Shown here: piece by piece, positions 1 to 10,423 of the stretch
Numbering within the stretch: the stretch's first letter is position 1
How the letters are laid out: every line of letters begins with the position of its first letter
Assembly: GCA_026417035.1 (NCBI GenBank)
Contig: JAOAEA010000011.1
Span: forward strand, 7,902-71,901
Direction of reading: 5' to 3'
Length of the DNA stretch: 64,000 nucleotides
DNA from: Burkholderiales bacterium
GTDB taxonomy: Bacteria > Pseudomonadota > Gammaproteobacteria > Burkholderiales > SG8-39
Program-made: the position numbers and the translations under genes
Notes under the pieces: generated by a model
The model's database searches: none
What the model saw: only the letters and a program-made list of their open reading frames with translations
What the model was told of the DNA's origin: nothing

Positions 1-1
1 G

Positions 2-691
2 GGCTGCGGCGCGAACCCCACGGTCGGCAACGCGTTCGACAAGCTGCACGCGCAGGGCCTCACGCTGTGCTTCGGCGAGACGACCGAGCTCACCGGCGGC
101 GAGCACCTCGTCGCCGCCCGCTGCCGCACGCCGGAAATCCGCGAGCGGTTCATGTTCATGTTCAACCGCTACCAGGACGTGGTGAACCGGCACAAGACGA
201 GCGACCTCTCGGAATCCCAGCCGACGAAGGGCAACATCGCCGGCGGCCTCACCACGATCGAGGAGAAGGCGCTCGGCAACATCCAGAAGATCGGCAAGAA
301 GTGCACCGTCGACGGCGTGCTCGACAAGGCCGAGACGCCGACGCATCCCGGCCTCTGGTTCATGGACTCCTCCTCGGCGGCCGCGGAGATGGTCACGCTC
401 TGCGCGGCCTCGGGCTACGTGGTGCACTTCTTCCCGACCGGGCAGGGCAACGTCATCGGTAACCCGATCCTGCCGGTCATCAAGCTCTGCGCCAACCCGA
501 AGACGGTGCGCACCATGGCCGAGCACATCGACGTGGACGTCTCCGGGCTGCTCCGCCGCGAGATGACGCCCGACCAGGCCGGCGACGCGCTGCTCGAATG
601 CATGTTCGCCACCGCGAACGGCCGCTGGACCGCCGCCGAGGTCCTCGGCCACCGCGAGTTCGTGCTGACGCGCCTCTACGAGAGCGCGTGA
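2..691 (+). CDS. UxaA-family dehydratase/lyase, C-terminal part (5' end outside window); altronate/galactarate dehydratase-like or sulfolactate sulfo-lyase SuyB-like
   Basis: Frame 2 is open from the window edge ([36 protein letters not shown]...) and runs into the listed 152..691 ORF. The C-terminal sequence is typical of the UxaA/GarD/SuyB family. High GC3. Confidence 0.8.
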   Translation, partial: GCGANPTVGNAFDKLHAQGLTLCFGETTELTGGEHLVAARCRTPEIRERFMFMFNRYQDVVNRHKTSDLSESQPTKGNIAGGLTTIEEKALGNIQKIGKKCTVDGVLDKAETPTHPGLWFMDSSSAAAEMVTLCAASGYVVHFFPTGQGNVIGNPILPVIKLCANPKTVRTMAEHIDVDVSGLLRREMTPDQAGDALLECMFATANGRWTAAEVLGHREFVLTRLYESA

Positions 692-702
692 CGGAGGGCG
701 CG

Positions 703-1758
703 TCAGGCAGGCGGCGGCCCGGTCGTTCCGCGGACGATCAGCTCGGCTTCGAGCTCGACTTTGTCGGGCACCGTCTCGCCCGCGATCCGCGAGAGCAGGA
801 ACGCGGCCGCGCGTTGTCCCATCTCCGCGGACGGCACGCGCATGGTCGTGAGCGGCGGCGTGAGCTGCGCCGAGAGCTCGAGGTCGTCGAAGCCGGTGAC
901 CGAGAGCGTCCTCGGCACGTCGAGGCCCTGCGCGAGCGCCTCGAACAGGACCCCGAACGCGAGCACGTCGTTGCCACACACGACCGCAGTCGGCCGCGGG
1001 GCGTTGGCGAGGAGAAGCCGCAGCGCCGCCCGGCCTTCGCCGATCCCGTAGGGTCGCTCGACCACGCACGAGGCGGGAAGCTCGATGCCGCGCGCCCCGA
1101 GCGCCTCGCGCACGCCGCGCAACCGCTCGGCGGCGCGATCGTTGCCGCGGGTGATGCCGCTCACGACCCCGAAGCGGCGGTGGCCTAGGTCCGCGAGGTG
1201 GCTGGCGAGGCGCGCCATGGATCGGCGGTTGTCGAAGCCGATGCAGGGGTCCGGACCCGCAGGATCGAAGATCCACGTGCATACGAAGGGCACGCCGCGC
1301 GAACGCAGCAGGCCGACGGTCGCGGCGTCGTGCTCGCCGCCGACGAGCACCAGCCCGTCCACGCCGTGCTCGACCATCGCCCGTACCTGCGCGCTCTCCC
1401 GCGCGCGGTCGTACTCATCGAAGGCGACGAGCAGGCGGTAGCCGGCGGCGTCGAGCGCCGACTGCAGGGACTGGATCGCCTTGGCGAAGATCGCGTTGTC
1501 CACCGTGGGGACTACCGCGCCGATCGTCGCGGAGCGTCGCGACACGAGCGCGCGCGCCGCCCGGTGCGGGACGTAACCGAGCTGGCTCGCCGCGGAGCGC
1601 ACTTTCGCCACGAGCTCGGGACGCACGCGGTCCGGCCGCGAGAGGGCACGCGAGACTGTCGCGACGGAAACGCCGGCGACGCGCGCGACGTCCACGATCG
1701 TCGCGGCACCGCCCGCCCCGGTCCGGAGCCCCTGCAGCAAACGTTTACCGACGGGCAT
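703..1758 (-). CDS. LacI-family transcriptional regulator
   Basis: N-terminal HTH (TIVDVARVAGVSVATVSRALS) followed by a periplasmic-binding-fold sugar-binding core. Start placed at ATG 1758 (MPVGKRLL), because the 34 codons upstream in the ORF are R/G/A-rich and look non-coding. Confidence 0.9.
   Translation of the reverse strand: MPVGKRLLQGLRTGAGGAATIVDVARVAGVSVATVSRALSRPDRVRPELVAKVRSAASQLGYVPHRAARALVSRRSATIGAVVPTVDNAIFAKAIQSLQSALDAAGYRLLVAFDEYDRARESAQVRAMVEHGVDGLVLVGGEHDAATVGLLRSRGVPFVCTWIFDPAGPDPCIGFDNRRSMARLASHLADLGHRRFGVVSGITRGNDRAAERLRGVREALGARGIELPASCVVERPYGIGEGRAALRLLLANAPRPTAVVCGNDVLAFGVLFEALAQGLDVPRTLSVTGFDDLELSAQLTPPLTTMRVPSAEMGQRAAAFLLSRIAGETVPDKVELEAELIVRGTTGPPPA
1737..1748. promoter_or_regulatory. 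Candidate LacI-type operator half-palindrome GCAAACGTTTAC
   Basis: AAACGTTT core palindrome typical of LacI/PurR/CcpA-type operators. It overlaps the start region of the LacI gene. A second near-identical copy lies at 1880..1891. Confidence 0.4.
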
Positions 1759-1879
1759 CGTGCGATGTTTGCATGGCTTCGCGCCGCCGCGCAAGGATCC
1801 CCTCTCTGTTGCGGCGCCGCATCGCGGCCGGTGTCCCGGCGCTTGACAGCGCGGGCGCACTTCGCTAGCCTGCCGGCAA

Positions 1880-1891
1880 GAAAACGTTTAC
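1880..1891. promoter_or_regulatory. Candidate LacI-type operator GAAAACGTTTAC
   Basis: Shares AAACGTTTAC with the site at 1737..1748. Lies in the divergent intergenic region upstream of the TRAP operon. Confidence 0.4.
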
Positions 1892-1973
1892 ATCCCTGCC
1901 GGCGCGAGCGACCCTCACAGCCGGAAAAGGGGGGCCGGCGCAGGCCGGCTCTGCAAGGAGGAGGAGTCGTCGC

Positions 1974-2240
1974 TTGTCGAGGCCGTCGTCCGCCGTCGCA
2001 GAAGCCGGTTCCCGCGCGGCCGCGCGCCGAAACTACCGGATCGCCGCCGCCGCGCTCGCCGTGTACGCCGTCGACGTGCTCGTCGGCAAGGCGGGCGTGG
2101 TGCTCAGGTTCGTGCCCCCATTCCGCCTCGGCGAGGTCGGCGAGTTCCTCGTCGTGCTCGTAGCCGTGGTGTTCTTCGTCGCCGGGCTCCTCGTCGAGCC
2201 CCCGTCCCGCCCTTCCGCCGCCACTCAGGAGGAGTCATGA
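1974..2240 (+). CDS. Small hypothetical membrane protein (88 aa, two hydrophobic segments)
   Basis: TTG start 7 nt after a strong RBS (AGGAGGAGGAG, 1955..1965). Very high GC3. The stop overlaps the dctP-like ATG (ATGA at 2237..2240). Hydrophobic stretches IAAAALAVYAVDVLV and FLVVLVAVVFFVAGLLV. Confidence 0.55.
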   Translation: MSRPSSAVAEAGSRAAARRNYRIAAAALAVYAVDVLVGKAGVVLRFVPPFRLGEVGEFLVVLVAVVFFVAGLLVEPPSRPSAATQEES

Positions 2241-3382
2241 ATCAGCCCGTCCAGTCTCCCGATCGCCGCCGGTTCCTCGAGATCGCCAGCCGCTACGGCT
2301 TCGGCACCGCCGTCCTGGCCGCAACCGCCGGCCTGCTCTGGGACAACCGGGCGATCGCGCAGACCGCCGCCGACGAAGCGGCGAAGCAGAAGGCCGCGAA
2401 GACGACGATGATCTTCGCCACCGAGTACAAGATCGAGGACTACGTCCGCTATCCCGTCATGCAGGCGCGGTTCAAGGAGAACGTCGAGGCGGCGACCAAG
2501 GGCCAGATCTACGTGAAGCTCCACCCGGCCGGCCAGCTCGGCATCGGCGCGGCGCTCGCGCAGAAGATCCAGGCGGGAACGGTCCAGGGTGGCGCGGTGT
2601 CGCTTTCGAATTTCTCGCCGTTCGCGCCGGCCGTGGACCTCATCAACATCCCCTACTGGTGCGGCGAGAACCAGAAGTTCGCGAACCTCGTCACCTCGCG
2701 CGCGTGGGACAAGGAGATCACGCCGAAGGTCGTCGCGCGGGGCTACAAGCCGATGTTCTACTTCACCGTCGACCCGCGCACGGTCTCGGTCCGCAAGGGA
2801 TTCGGCAAGGTGATCCGCACGCCCGCGGACATGCAGGGCATGAAGATGCGCGTCCCGCCGTCGCAGCTCCTGCAGCAGTTCTACCGGCTCGCGGGCGCCA
2901 ACCCGACCGTCGTGCCCTGGGGCGAGACCGCCACCGCGATCAAGCAGGGGGTCGCCGACGGGCTCGACCCGGCGGTGTCGGCGCTCGCCACGTTCGGCTT
3001 CTCGGACATCCTCGAGACGGTGAGCACGGTGCGGTCGGTGCCCGACGCGCAGATGTTCGCCGCGAACGCGAACTGGTACAACCAGCTTCCCGTCGAGCTG
3101 AAGGCGGCGTTCGAGCTCGCCTCGGAAAAGACCCAGGTCGAGACCTTTGCGCAGATCGAGAAGGCGCGCGCCGTCTCGATGGAGCAGATGCGCAAGGGCG
3201 GTGCGAAGTTCTACAACCCGACGCCGGCCGAGTTCCGCCAGTGGGTCGAGCAGTGTGGCGAGTCGCGGCCGGAGTGGAACGAGTTCAAGATCAAGCTCGC
3301 CGGCTCGATCGACAACTTCGACCGGCTCAAGGAAGCGGCGAACACCAAGGGGCCGATCACGGTCGGCGACTTCGCCGGCTGA
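2237..3382 (+). CDS. TRAP transporter substrate-binding protein (DctP family)
   Basis: Tat-like signal (SPDRRRFLEIASRYGFGTAVLAATAG), DctP-type fold sequence, AGGAGGAG RBS, followed by the DctQ and DctM genes. Confidence 0.9.
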   Translation: MNQPVQSPDRRRFLEIASRYGFGTAVLAATAGLLWDNRAIAQTAADEAAKQKAAKTTMIFATEYKIEDYVRYPVMQARFKENVEAATKGQIYVKLHPAGQLGIGAALAQKIQAGTVQGGAVSLSNFSPFAPAVDLINIPYWCGENQKFANLVTSRAWDKEITPKVVARGYKPMFYFTVDPRTVSVRKGFGKVIRTPADMQGMKMRVPPSQLLQQFYRLAGANPTVVPWGETATAIKQGVADGLDPAVSALATFGFSDILETVSTVRSVPDAQMFAANANWYNQLPVELKAAFELASEKTQVETFAQIEKARAVSMEQMRKGGAKFYNPTPAEFRQWVEQCGESRPEWNEFKIKLAGSIDNFDRLKEAANTKGPITVGDFAG

Positions 3383-3470
3383 GCCCGCCGGCGCCCCTGC
3401 GCCCGAGGCCCGGCGCGACGCCGGGCCGCCGGGATCCCGCGGCCCGGCCGCGCGCGATGGCCCCCGACCG

Positions 3471-3995
3471 ATGACGCCCAAGCGCCTCTACGAACTGCTC
3501 GACGCGAACGCCGAGCGTTACCTGATGCTCGTGTTCTACTGCTTCGTCGTGTTCGTGATCGTCCAGGAGGTGGTGCGCCGGTTCGTGCTCAATTACTCGT
3601 CCGCGTGGGGCGAAGAGGCGGCGCGCTACGGCTTCATCTACCTCGGCTGGATCGGCGCGGCCTACGCGGTGAAGGAGCGCGCCCACATCCGCTTCGACAT
3701 CCTGCTCAACCGGCTGCCGCAGCGGCTGCACGGGTGGGTCTACGTGTTCGCCGACCTCGCGACGCTCGTGTTCGCGTGCATCGCCATCTACTGGTCGCTG
3801 CATACCATCGAGAACCTGGTGAAGTTCGACGCCGCCACACCGGTTCTGCGCGTCAACAAGGCGTGGTTCGAGGCGGCCGTCCCGATAGGCTTCGGCCTCA
3901 TGATCTGGCGGCTGCTGCAGTCGCTCGCACGCGACCTGCGCGACCTGCGCGCCGGGCGTCCCGTCTTCACCGGCAAGGCCATGTTCGAGGAATAG
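3471..3995 (+). CDS. TRAP transporter small permease (DctQ family)
   Basis: About 174 aa with four hydrophobic segments (MTPKRLYELLDANAERYLMLVFYCFVVFVIV...). Start set at ATG 3471, because the upstream part of ORF 3147..3995 is R/S-rich and overlaps dctP. Confidence 0.85.
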   Translation: MTPKRLYELLDANAERYLMLVFYCFVVFVIVQEVVRRFVLNYSSAWGEEAARYGFIYLGWIGAAYAVKERAHIRFDILLNRLPQRLHGWVYVFADLATLVFACIAIYWSLHTIENLVKFDAATPVLRVNKAWFEAAVPIGFGLMIWRLLQSLARDLRDLRAGRPVFTGKAMFEE

Positions 3996-4010
3996 CGGGA
4001 GCCGGGTGCT

Positions 4011-5279
4011 GTGGCCATCGCGCTCTCGATCCTCTTCACGGTCGTCCTGCTCGTCATCGGCGTCCCGTTCTGGGTGTCGCTCGGCCTCGGCACGGTCGCG
4101 ATCCTCGCGTCGACCGGCGCCTTGCCGCTCACGCTGATCGGCGAAGCGCTCTTCGAGGGAGTGGACTCCTTCGCCCTCATCGCCATTCCGCTCTTCGTCC
4201 TCACCGGGGACGTGATGGTGCGCAGCGGGCTCGCCTACCGCCTGCTCGACTTCGCCGAAGCGACCTTCGGCTCGCTCCGCTCCGGATTCGGCACGTCCAC
4301 CGTGATGGGCTGCGGGCTGTTCGCCTGCATTTCCGGCTCGGATGCCGCCGACGCGGCGGCGATCGGGCGCATCACCATGGCCCGGCTGCAGGAGAAGGGC
4401 TACCCGCGGGCGTACGCGTGCGCGCTGGTCGCCTCGGGCGCGTGCACCGGGATCCTGATCCCGCCGTCGATCGCCTACATCATCCTCGGCCTGGTGCTCG
4501 GCATCTCGTCGGCGACGCTCTTTCTCGCCGCGTTCGTTCCCGGCGTACTGGTCCTGCTGGCGGTGATCGTCACCAACGTCCTGGTGAACCGCGCGCGCGG
4601 CTACGAGCGCTCGACCGATGCGTTCTCGTTCGCGCGCTGGCTGCGCGCGCTCAACGACGCCAAGTGGGCGCTCTCCATCCCGGTCATCATCCTCGGCGGC
4701 ATCTACTCGGGCATCTTCACGCCCACCGAATCGGCCGCGGTCGCGGTCGCCGTCGCGATCGTCATCGGCATGGTGCAGCGCCGCCTCACGCTCGCGCAGT
4801 TCCCGGCGATGCTCGGCACGAGCGCGCGCGTGTGCGGCGTCGTGCTGCCGATCATCGCGGTGGCGCTGCTCTTCTCGCAGGCGCTGACCGTCGTCAACGT
4901 GCCGCAGGACTTCGTCGCGTGGGTGCTCTCGTTCGGAACGGGGCCTGGCGCGGTCGTGTTCCTGATGCTGGTCATCCTGGTGGTCGCGGGGATGTTCATG
5001 GAGACCGGGCCCAACATCGTGGTGCTCGGGCCACTGCTCTTCCCGCTCGCGCGCGAGATCGGCATGGACCCGGTGCATTTCTGCGTATTCATGATCACGA
5101 CGCTCGGGCTCGGCTTCATCACCCCGCCCTTCGGGCTCAACCTCTTCGTGATGGCGGGGCTCACGCGCACGCCGATCACCGCGATCGCGCGGCACGCGTT
5201 CCCGTTCGTGATCGCGCTCCTCATCGTGTCCGCGATCATCGGCTACGTGCCGGCGATCTCGACGTTCATGCTCAAGTGA
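4011..5279 (+). CDS. TRAP transporter large permease (DctM family)
   Basis: 422-aa polytopic membrane protein typical of DctM. Follows DctQ after a 15-bp gap. Confidence 0.92.
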   Translation: MAIALSILFTVVLLVIGVPFWVSLGLGTVAILASTGALPLTLIGEALFEGVDSFALIAIPLFVLTGDVMVRSGLAYRLLDFAEATFGSLRSGFGTSTVMGCGLFACISGSDAADAAAIGRITMARLQEKGYPRAYACALVASGACTGILIPPSIAYIILGLVLGISSATLFLAAFVPGVLVLLAVIVTNVLVNRARGYERSTDAFSFARWLRALNDAKWALSIPVIILGGIYSGIFTPTESAAVAVAVAIVIGMVQRRLTLAQFPAMLGTSARVCGVVLPIIAVALLFSQALTVVNVPQDFVAWVLSFGTGPGAVVFLMLVILVVAGMFMETGPNIVVLGPLLFPLAREIGMDPVHFCVFMITTLGLGFITPPFGLNLFVMAGLTRTPITAIARHAFPFVIALLIVSAIIGYVPAISTFMLK

Positions 5280-5295
5280 CCGGGCGGGTGGCGCG

Positions 5296-6261
5296 GTGAG
5301 GGCTGCCGTTTTCCATGGCGACCGGCGCATCTCGATCGCCGACGTTCCGCCGCCCGAGGCAGCGTGCGGGGAGGTGGTGCTGCGCGTCGCGCGCACCGCG
5401 CTGTGCGGGAGCGACGCGAAGCTCTGGCTGCGGGGTGCCGAACACACGCCGGGCCACGAGATCTTCGGCGTCGTCGACCGGCCGGGTCACGCGCTCCACG
5501 GCCGGCGTTCGCTCGTCTACATTCCCGTGCACTGCGGCCGGTGCGCCTCCTGTGCCGCGGGCGACACGCACCTTTGTCTTGCCGAGTCGACGCTCGTCGG
5601 CTGGAACCGGCCCGGCGGCTACGCCGAGCGCCTCTCGGTCCCGGCGCAGTGCCTGCTACCGGTGCCCGACGACGTTCCCGACGATCTCGCGCCGCTGCTC
5701 CTCGACACCATCGGCACTTCGGCGCACGGCATCCGCATGGCGCGGCCGCTCGTGCCGGCGGGCGACGTGCTGGTTACCGGTGCCGGGCCGATCGGGCTGG
5801 GCGCGATCATCGCGCTTCGCCACTTCGGCTACGAGCGGGTGTGGGTTTCCGATCCGCGCGAGAGCCGGGTCCGGTTCGCCACCGAGCTCGGCGCGACGCC
5901 GCATCCGGTCGGCGAGCTGTCGCGACGCTTCAAGCTCGTCGTGGAATCGAGCGGCTCGCACGCGGCGCGCAACCAGGGGCTCGAGGTCGTGCTGCCGAAG
6001 GGCGTCGTGCTGCTGCTGGGGGAGAACGACGCACCCTGGACGATCGAGGAGAAGAAGCCGATCCGGCGCAAGGACTTCTGGATGCTGCGCTCGTTCTATT
6101 TCCCCAAGGGGGACTTCGCGGACAACGTCGAGCTGTTGCGCCGCTACCGCGACGAGTACGCGCGGCTGGTGGACGCGAAGTTCGGCATCGACGCGTTCCC
6201 CGAGGCCTTCGCGCGATTCGCAGCGGGGCAGCTCGTGAAGCCGCTGCTCGCATTCGATTGA
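5296..6261 (+). CDS. Zn-dependent alcohol/polyol dehydrogenase (MDR family)
   Basis: GHEIFGVV catalytic-zinc motif, structural zinc cysteines (CGRCASCAAGDTHLC), GxGxxG (VTGAGPIGLG). Confidence 0.85.
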   Translation: MRAAVFHGDRRISIADVPPPEAACGEVVLRVARTALCGSDAKLWLRGAEHTPGHEIFGVVDRPGHALHGRRSLVYIPVHCGRCASCAAGDTHLCLAESTLVGWNRPGGYAERLSVPAQCLLPVPDDVPDDLAPLLLDTIGTSAHGIRMARPLVPAGDVLVTGAGPIGLGAIIALRHFGYERVWVSDPRESRVRFATELGATPHPVGELSRRFKLVVESSGSHAARNQGLEVVLPKGVVLLLGENDAPWTIEEKKPIRRKDFWMLRSFYFPKGDFADNVELLRRYRDEYARLVDAKFGIDAFPEAFARFAAGQLVKPLLAFD

Positions 6262-6275
6262 GGTCCCGCCCCCGC

Positions 6276-7187
6276 ATGCCCGCCCGGGTCGTCTGCGTCG
6301 GACACAGCGCGCTCGATCGCGTGTTCACGCTCGACGCATGGCCGCCGCCGGGCACGAGTGCGAAGGTGCCGGCCACGAGCTACGCCGAGTCGGGCGGGGG
6401 GATGGCGGCGAACGCGGCAGTCGCGGTGGCGCGCCTCGGCGGGGCGGCGGCCTTCGTCGGGCCGGTCGGCGACGACGCCGTGGCCGAGGTGATGCGCGCG
6501 GAGCTCGAGCGCTGCGGCGTCGACGCGAGCGGCATGCGGCGCATGCCGGCCCGGCGCTCGTCCACCTCGGTGATCCTCGTCGATGCACGCGGAGAGCGGC
6601 TCATCGTCAACTATCGCGGCGACGCCGTGGCGAGCGGCGCGGAGTGGCTGCCGCTCGACCGGATCGGTGGTGCCGCGGCGGTGCTCGTCGATGTCCGCTG
6701 GGTGGCCGGCGCAGAGGCGGCCTTGCGGCACGCTCGCGCCGCGGGCGTCCCGACCGTGCTCGACGCCGACGTCGCGCCGGCGCGGACACTCGCGGCGCTG
6801 GTTCCCCTCGCCGAGCACGCGATCTTCTCGGAGCCGGGCCTCGCGGCGTTCGCGGCCGGCCGCAGCGACGCGGAAGCGCTCCGCGCCGCGCTCGCCGCGG
6901 GCGCCCGGGTGGCCGGCGTGACGCGCGGGGCCGCGGGGTTCGAATGGATCGGCAGCGGCACGCCGCAGGTGCAGCACGTTCCCGCGCCGGTCGTGCGGGC
7001 GGTCGACACGACCGGCGCCGGTGACGTCTTCCACGGCGCATACGCGCTGGCGATCGCGGAGGGGCGCAGCGTCGGTGACGCGGCGCTCTTCGCCTGCGTC
7101 GCGGCTGCGCTCAAGTGCGAGCATCCCGGCGCCCGCTCGGTTCCGACACGGGCGCAGGTCGAGGCGCTCGCGGATCGCGCGGCATGA
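6276..7187 (+). CDS. PfkB-family carbohydrate kinase
   Basis: MPARVVCVGHSALDRVF... N-terminus and the C-terminal TTGAGDVFHGAYA anion-hole motif of ribokinase/PfkB kinases. Only the last 303 codons of ORF 5364..7187 are used. Confidence 0.88.
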   Translation: MPARVVCVGHSALDRVFTLDAWPPPGTSAKVPATSYAESGGGMAANAAVAVARLGGAAAFVGPVGDDAVAEVMRAELERCGVDASGMRRMPARRSSTSVILVDARGERLIVNYRGDAVASGAEWLPLDRIGGAAAVLVDVRWVAGAEAALRHARAAGVPTVLDADVAPARTLAALVPLAEHAIFSEPGLAAFAAGRSDAEALRAALAAGARVAGVTRGAAGFEWIGSGTPQVQHVPAPVVRAVDTTGAGDVFHGAYALAIAEGRSVGDAALFACVAAALKCEHPGARSVPTRAQVEALADRAA

Positions 7188-8239
7188 GCGGCAGCGTGCT
7201 TACGCCCGGGAAGGCGTGGGGCCTGCGGCGGCTCGCCGACGCTGCCGGCAACTTCATGATGCTCGCGGTGGACCAGCGGCCGCCGATCGCCGAGCTCGTG
7301 GCGCGAGGCCGGGGCGTCCCGGCGGTTGCGGCGGGCTTCGCGGACATCGCCGCGGTCAAGCGCTGCCTCGCCGAGGCGCTCGCGCCGCATGCGACCGCGA
7401 CGCTCGTCGACCCCAACTTCGCTTACCCGGCGGCGATCGCAGCCGTCCCCGCGTCGCGGGGCCTCCTGCTGACGCTCGAGGAGCATCGCTTCGAGGAGAC
7501 GCCGCACGGGCGCAAGTCGTCCTCCATCCCGGGCTGGAGCGTCGCGAAGATCCGGCGCCTCGGCGCCGACGCGGTCAAGGTGCTCGCGTGGTACCGGCCC
7601 GACGCGTCCGAGGCGGCCAAGGCGCACCAGCGCGCCTATGTCGCCGCCGTCGGCGAGGAATGCCGGCGCCACGACATCGCGTTCGTCTTCGAGCTGCTCG
7701 TCTATCCGTTTCCCGGCGAGCGCGGGCACACGAGCGCCTATCTCGAGGACGGCGCCAAGCGTCCGGAAGCCGTGCTTGCGAGCGTCGCGGAGTTCGCGGA
7801 CCCGCGCTACGGGGTCGATCTCTTCAAGATCGAGAGCCCGATCCCGGCGCCGCGCCTGCCCGATCCGCGCAGCCGGGCGGCAGTGCCGGCGCAGGCGTGG
7901 TTCGACCGGATCGCCGCAACGCTCGCCGCGCGCGACTGCCCGTGGGTGATGCTTTCCGCGGGCGCGGGGAAGGCCGAGTTCGAGCGGGTGCTGACGTACG
8001 CATACCGTGCCGGGGCGAACGGCTATCTCGCCGGCCGCGCGATCTGGTGGGAGGCGCTGCGCGCTTTCCCCGACCTCGCCGCGTGCCGCGCGCGCCTCGC
8101 GGCCGAGGCGGTGCCGTACATGCGGCGGCTCAACCGGTTGACGTCGCGGCGGGCGCGGCCGTGGCACGCCGACGCGCGCTTCGACGTCACGCGCGAGGGC
8201 GATTTCGCCCGCGGCTATCCCGACTGTGCCGCGGCGTGA
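7184..8239 (+). CDS. Class I aldolase of the LacD (tagatose-1,6-bisphosphate aldolase) / YihT family
   Basis: Block-wise similarity to LacD: MLAVDQR, AVKVLAWYRPD, QRAYVAAVGEECRRHDIAFVFELLVY, VDLFKIESP, WVMLSAGAGKAEF, LAGRAIW. The ATG overlaps the kinase stop (ATGA at 7184..7187). Confidence 0.85.
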   Translation: MSGSVLTPGKAWGLRRLADAAGNFMMLAVDQRPPIAELVARGRGVPAVAAGFADIAAVKRCLAEALAPHATATLVDPNFAYPAAIAAVPASRGLLLTLEEHRFEETPHGRKSSSIPGWSVAKIRRLGADAVKVLAWYRPDASEAAKAHQRAYVAAVGEECRRHDIAFVFELLVYPFPGERGHTSAYLEDGAKRPEAVLASVAEFADPRYGVDLFKIESPIPAPRLPDPRSRAAVPAQAWFDRIAATLAARDCPWVMLSAGAGKAEFERVLTYAYRAGANGYLAGRAIWWEALRAFPDLAACRARLAAEAVPYMRRLNRLTSRRARPWHADARFDVTREGDFARGYPDCAAA

Positions 8240-8300
8240 GGGGGCGGCCCGGCAGTTCCGACCCGAGGCGCGGCCGCCCCGCCGCGCCGCGGGCCTTTGA

Positions 8301-9629
<1,329 letters not shown>

Positions 9630-9642
9630 CCGGGAACGCGCG

Positions 9643-10410
9643 ATGGACGTCCGCGGGCTCTTCGATCTCTCGGGTCGCGCCGCCCTGGTGACGGGCGGCA
9701 ACTCGGGCATCGGCGAAGCGATGGCGCGCGCGCTCGGCCAGGCCGGCGCGCGCGTCTGCCTCGTCGCGCGCCGCGAGCCCGAGCTCGAACGCGCCGCAGC
9801 CGCGCTCGCCCAAGACGGGATCGCCGCGAGCTACGTGCCCTGCGACCTCGCCGATCCGCGGGCGATCGCCCGCTGCGCCGAGCTCGCGCGGACGCTCGTC
9901 GGGCACGTCGACATCGTCGTCAACGCGGCTGGCGTGAACCTGCGCGAGCCGTTCATGCAGGTCACGCCGGAGAGCTGGGGCCGCCAGATCGCCGTCCACC
10001 TCACAGCGCCGTTCTTCCTGGTGCAGGCGCTCGCGCCACGGATGCGCGAGCGCGGGTGGGGCCGGATCATCAACCTCGCGTCGCTGCAGTCGCAGCGGGC
10101 GTTCCCGAACAGCGCGCCCTACGGTGCGGCCAAGGGCGGCATCGTTCAGCTCACCCGCGCGTTCGCCGAGGAATGGTCGCGGCACGGGATCACCGCCAAC
10201 GCGATCGCCCCCGGGTTCTTCCCGACGGCGCTCACCGCGCCGGTGTTCGCGGAACCGGCCAGGGCCGCGGCGAACGCGGCGCAGACGGCGATCGGCCGCA
10301 ACGGCGAGCTCGAGGACCTCTACGGGGTCACCGTTTTCCTCGCGAGCGACGCGTCGGCGTACATCACCGGGCAGACGATCTACGTTGACGGCGGCTTCAC
10401 CGCCAAATGA
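9643..10410 (+). CDS. Short-chain dehydrogenase/reductase (SDR)
   Basis: [10 protein letters not shown] cofactor motif and the YGAAK catalytic motif. 255 aa. Confidence 0.9.
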   Translation: MDVRGLFDLSGRAALVTGGNSGIGEAMARALGQAGARVCLVARREPELERAAAALAQDGIAASYVPCDLADPRAIARCAELARTLVGHVDIVVNAAGVNLREPFMQVTPESWGRQIAVHLTAPFFLVQALAPRMRERGWGRIINLASLQSQRAFPNSAPYGAAKGGIVQLTRAFAEEWSRHGITANAIAPGFFPTALTAPVFAEPARAAANAAQTAIGRNGELEDLYGVTVFLASDASAYITGQTIYVDGGFTAK

Positions 10411-10423
10411 CACGGGGAGCGAG

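Noticed and set aside
3357-5447. 696-aa ORF on the minus strand, and other very long ORFs such as 3605..5299 (+), 8187..9710 (-), 19880..23002 (+), 22805..24826 (-), 27876..30059 (-), 29834..34234 (-), 29992..34812 (+), 36977..39673 (-), 46558..48870 (-), 50275..53247 (-), 57425..60007 (-) and 60585..62909 (+).
   Set aside because: All lie antisense to, or out of frame with, genes that carry unmistakable family motifs. Their translations are extreme Arg/Ala/Gly/Pro/Asp/Glu low-complexity strings typical of stop-codon-poor alternative frames in 70% GC DNA.
8241-8280. GGGGCGGCC...GGCCGCCCC stem-loop between the aldolase and the HisD-like gene as an internal terminator.
   Set aside because: It has a 22-nt loop and no U-tract. 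GC-rich inverted repeats of this size are frequent by chance in this DNA, so it is left unannotated.
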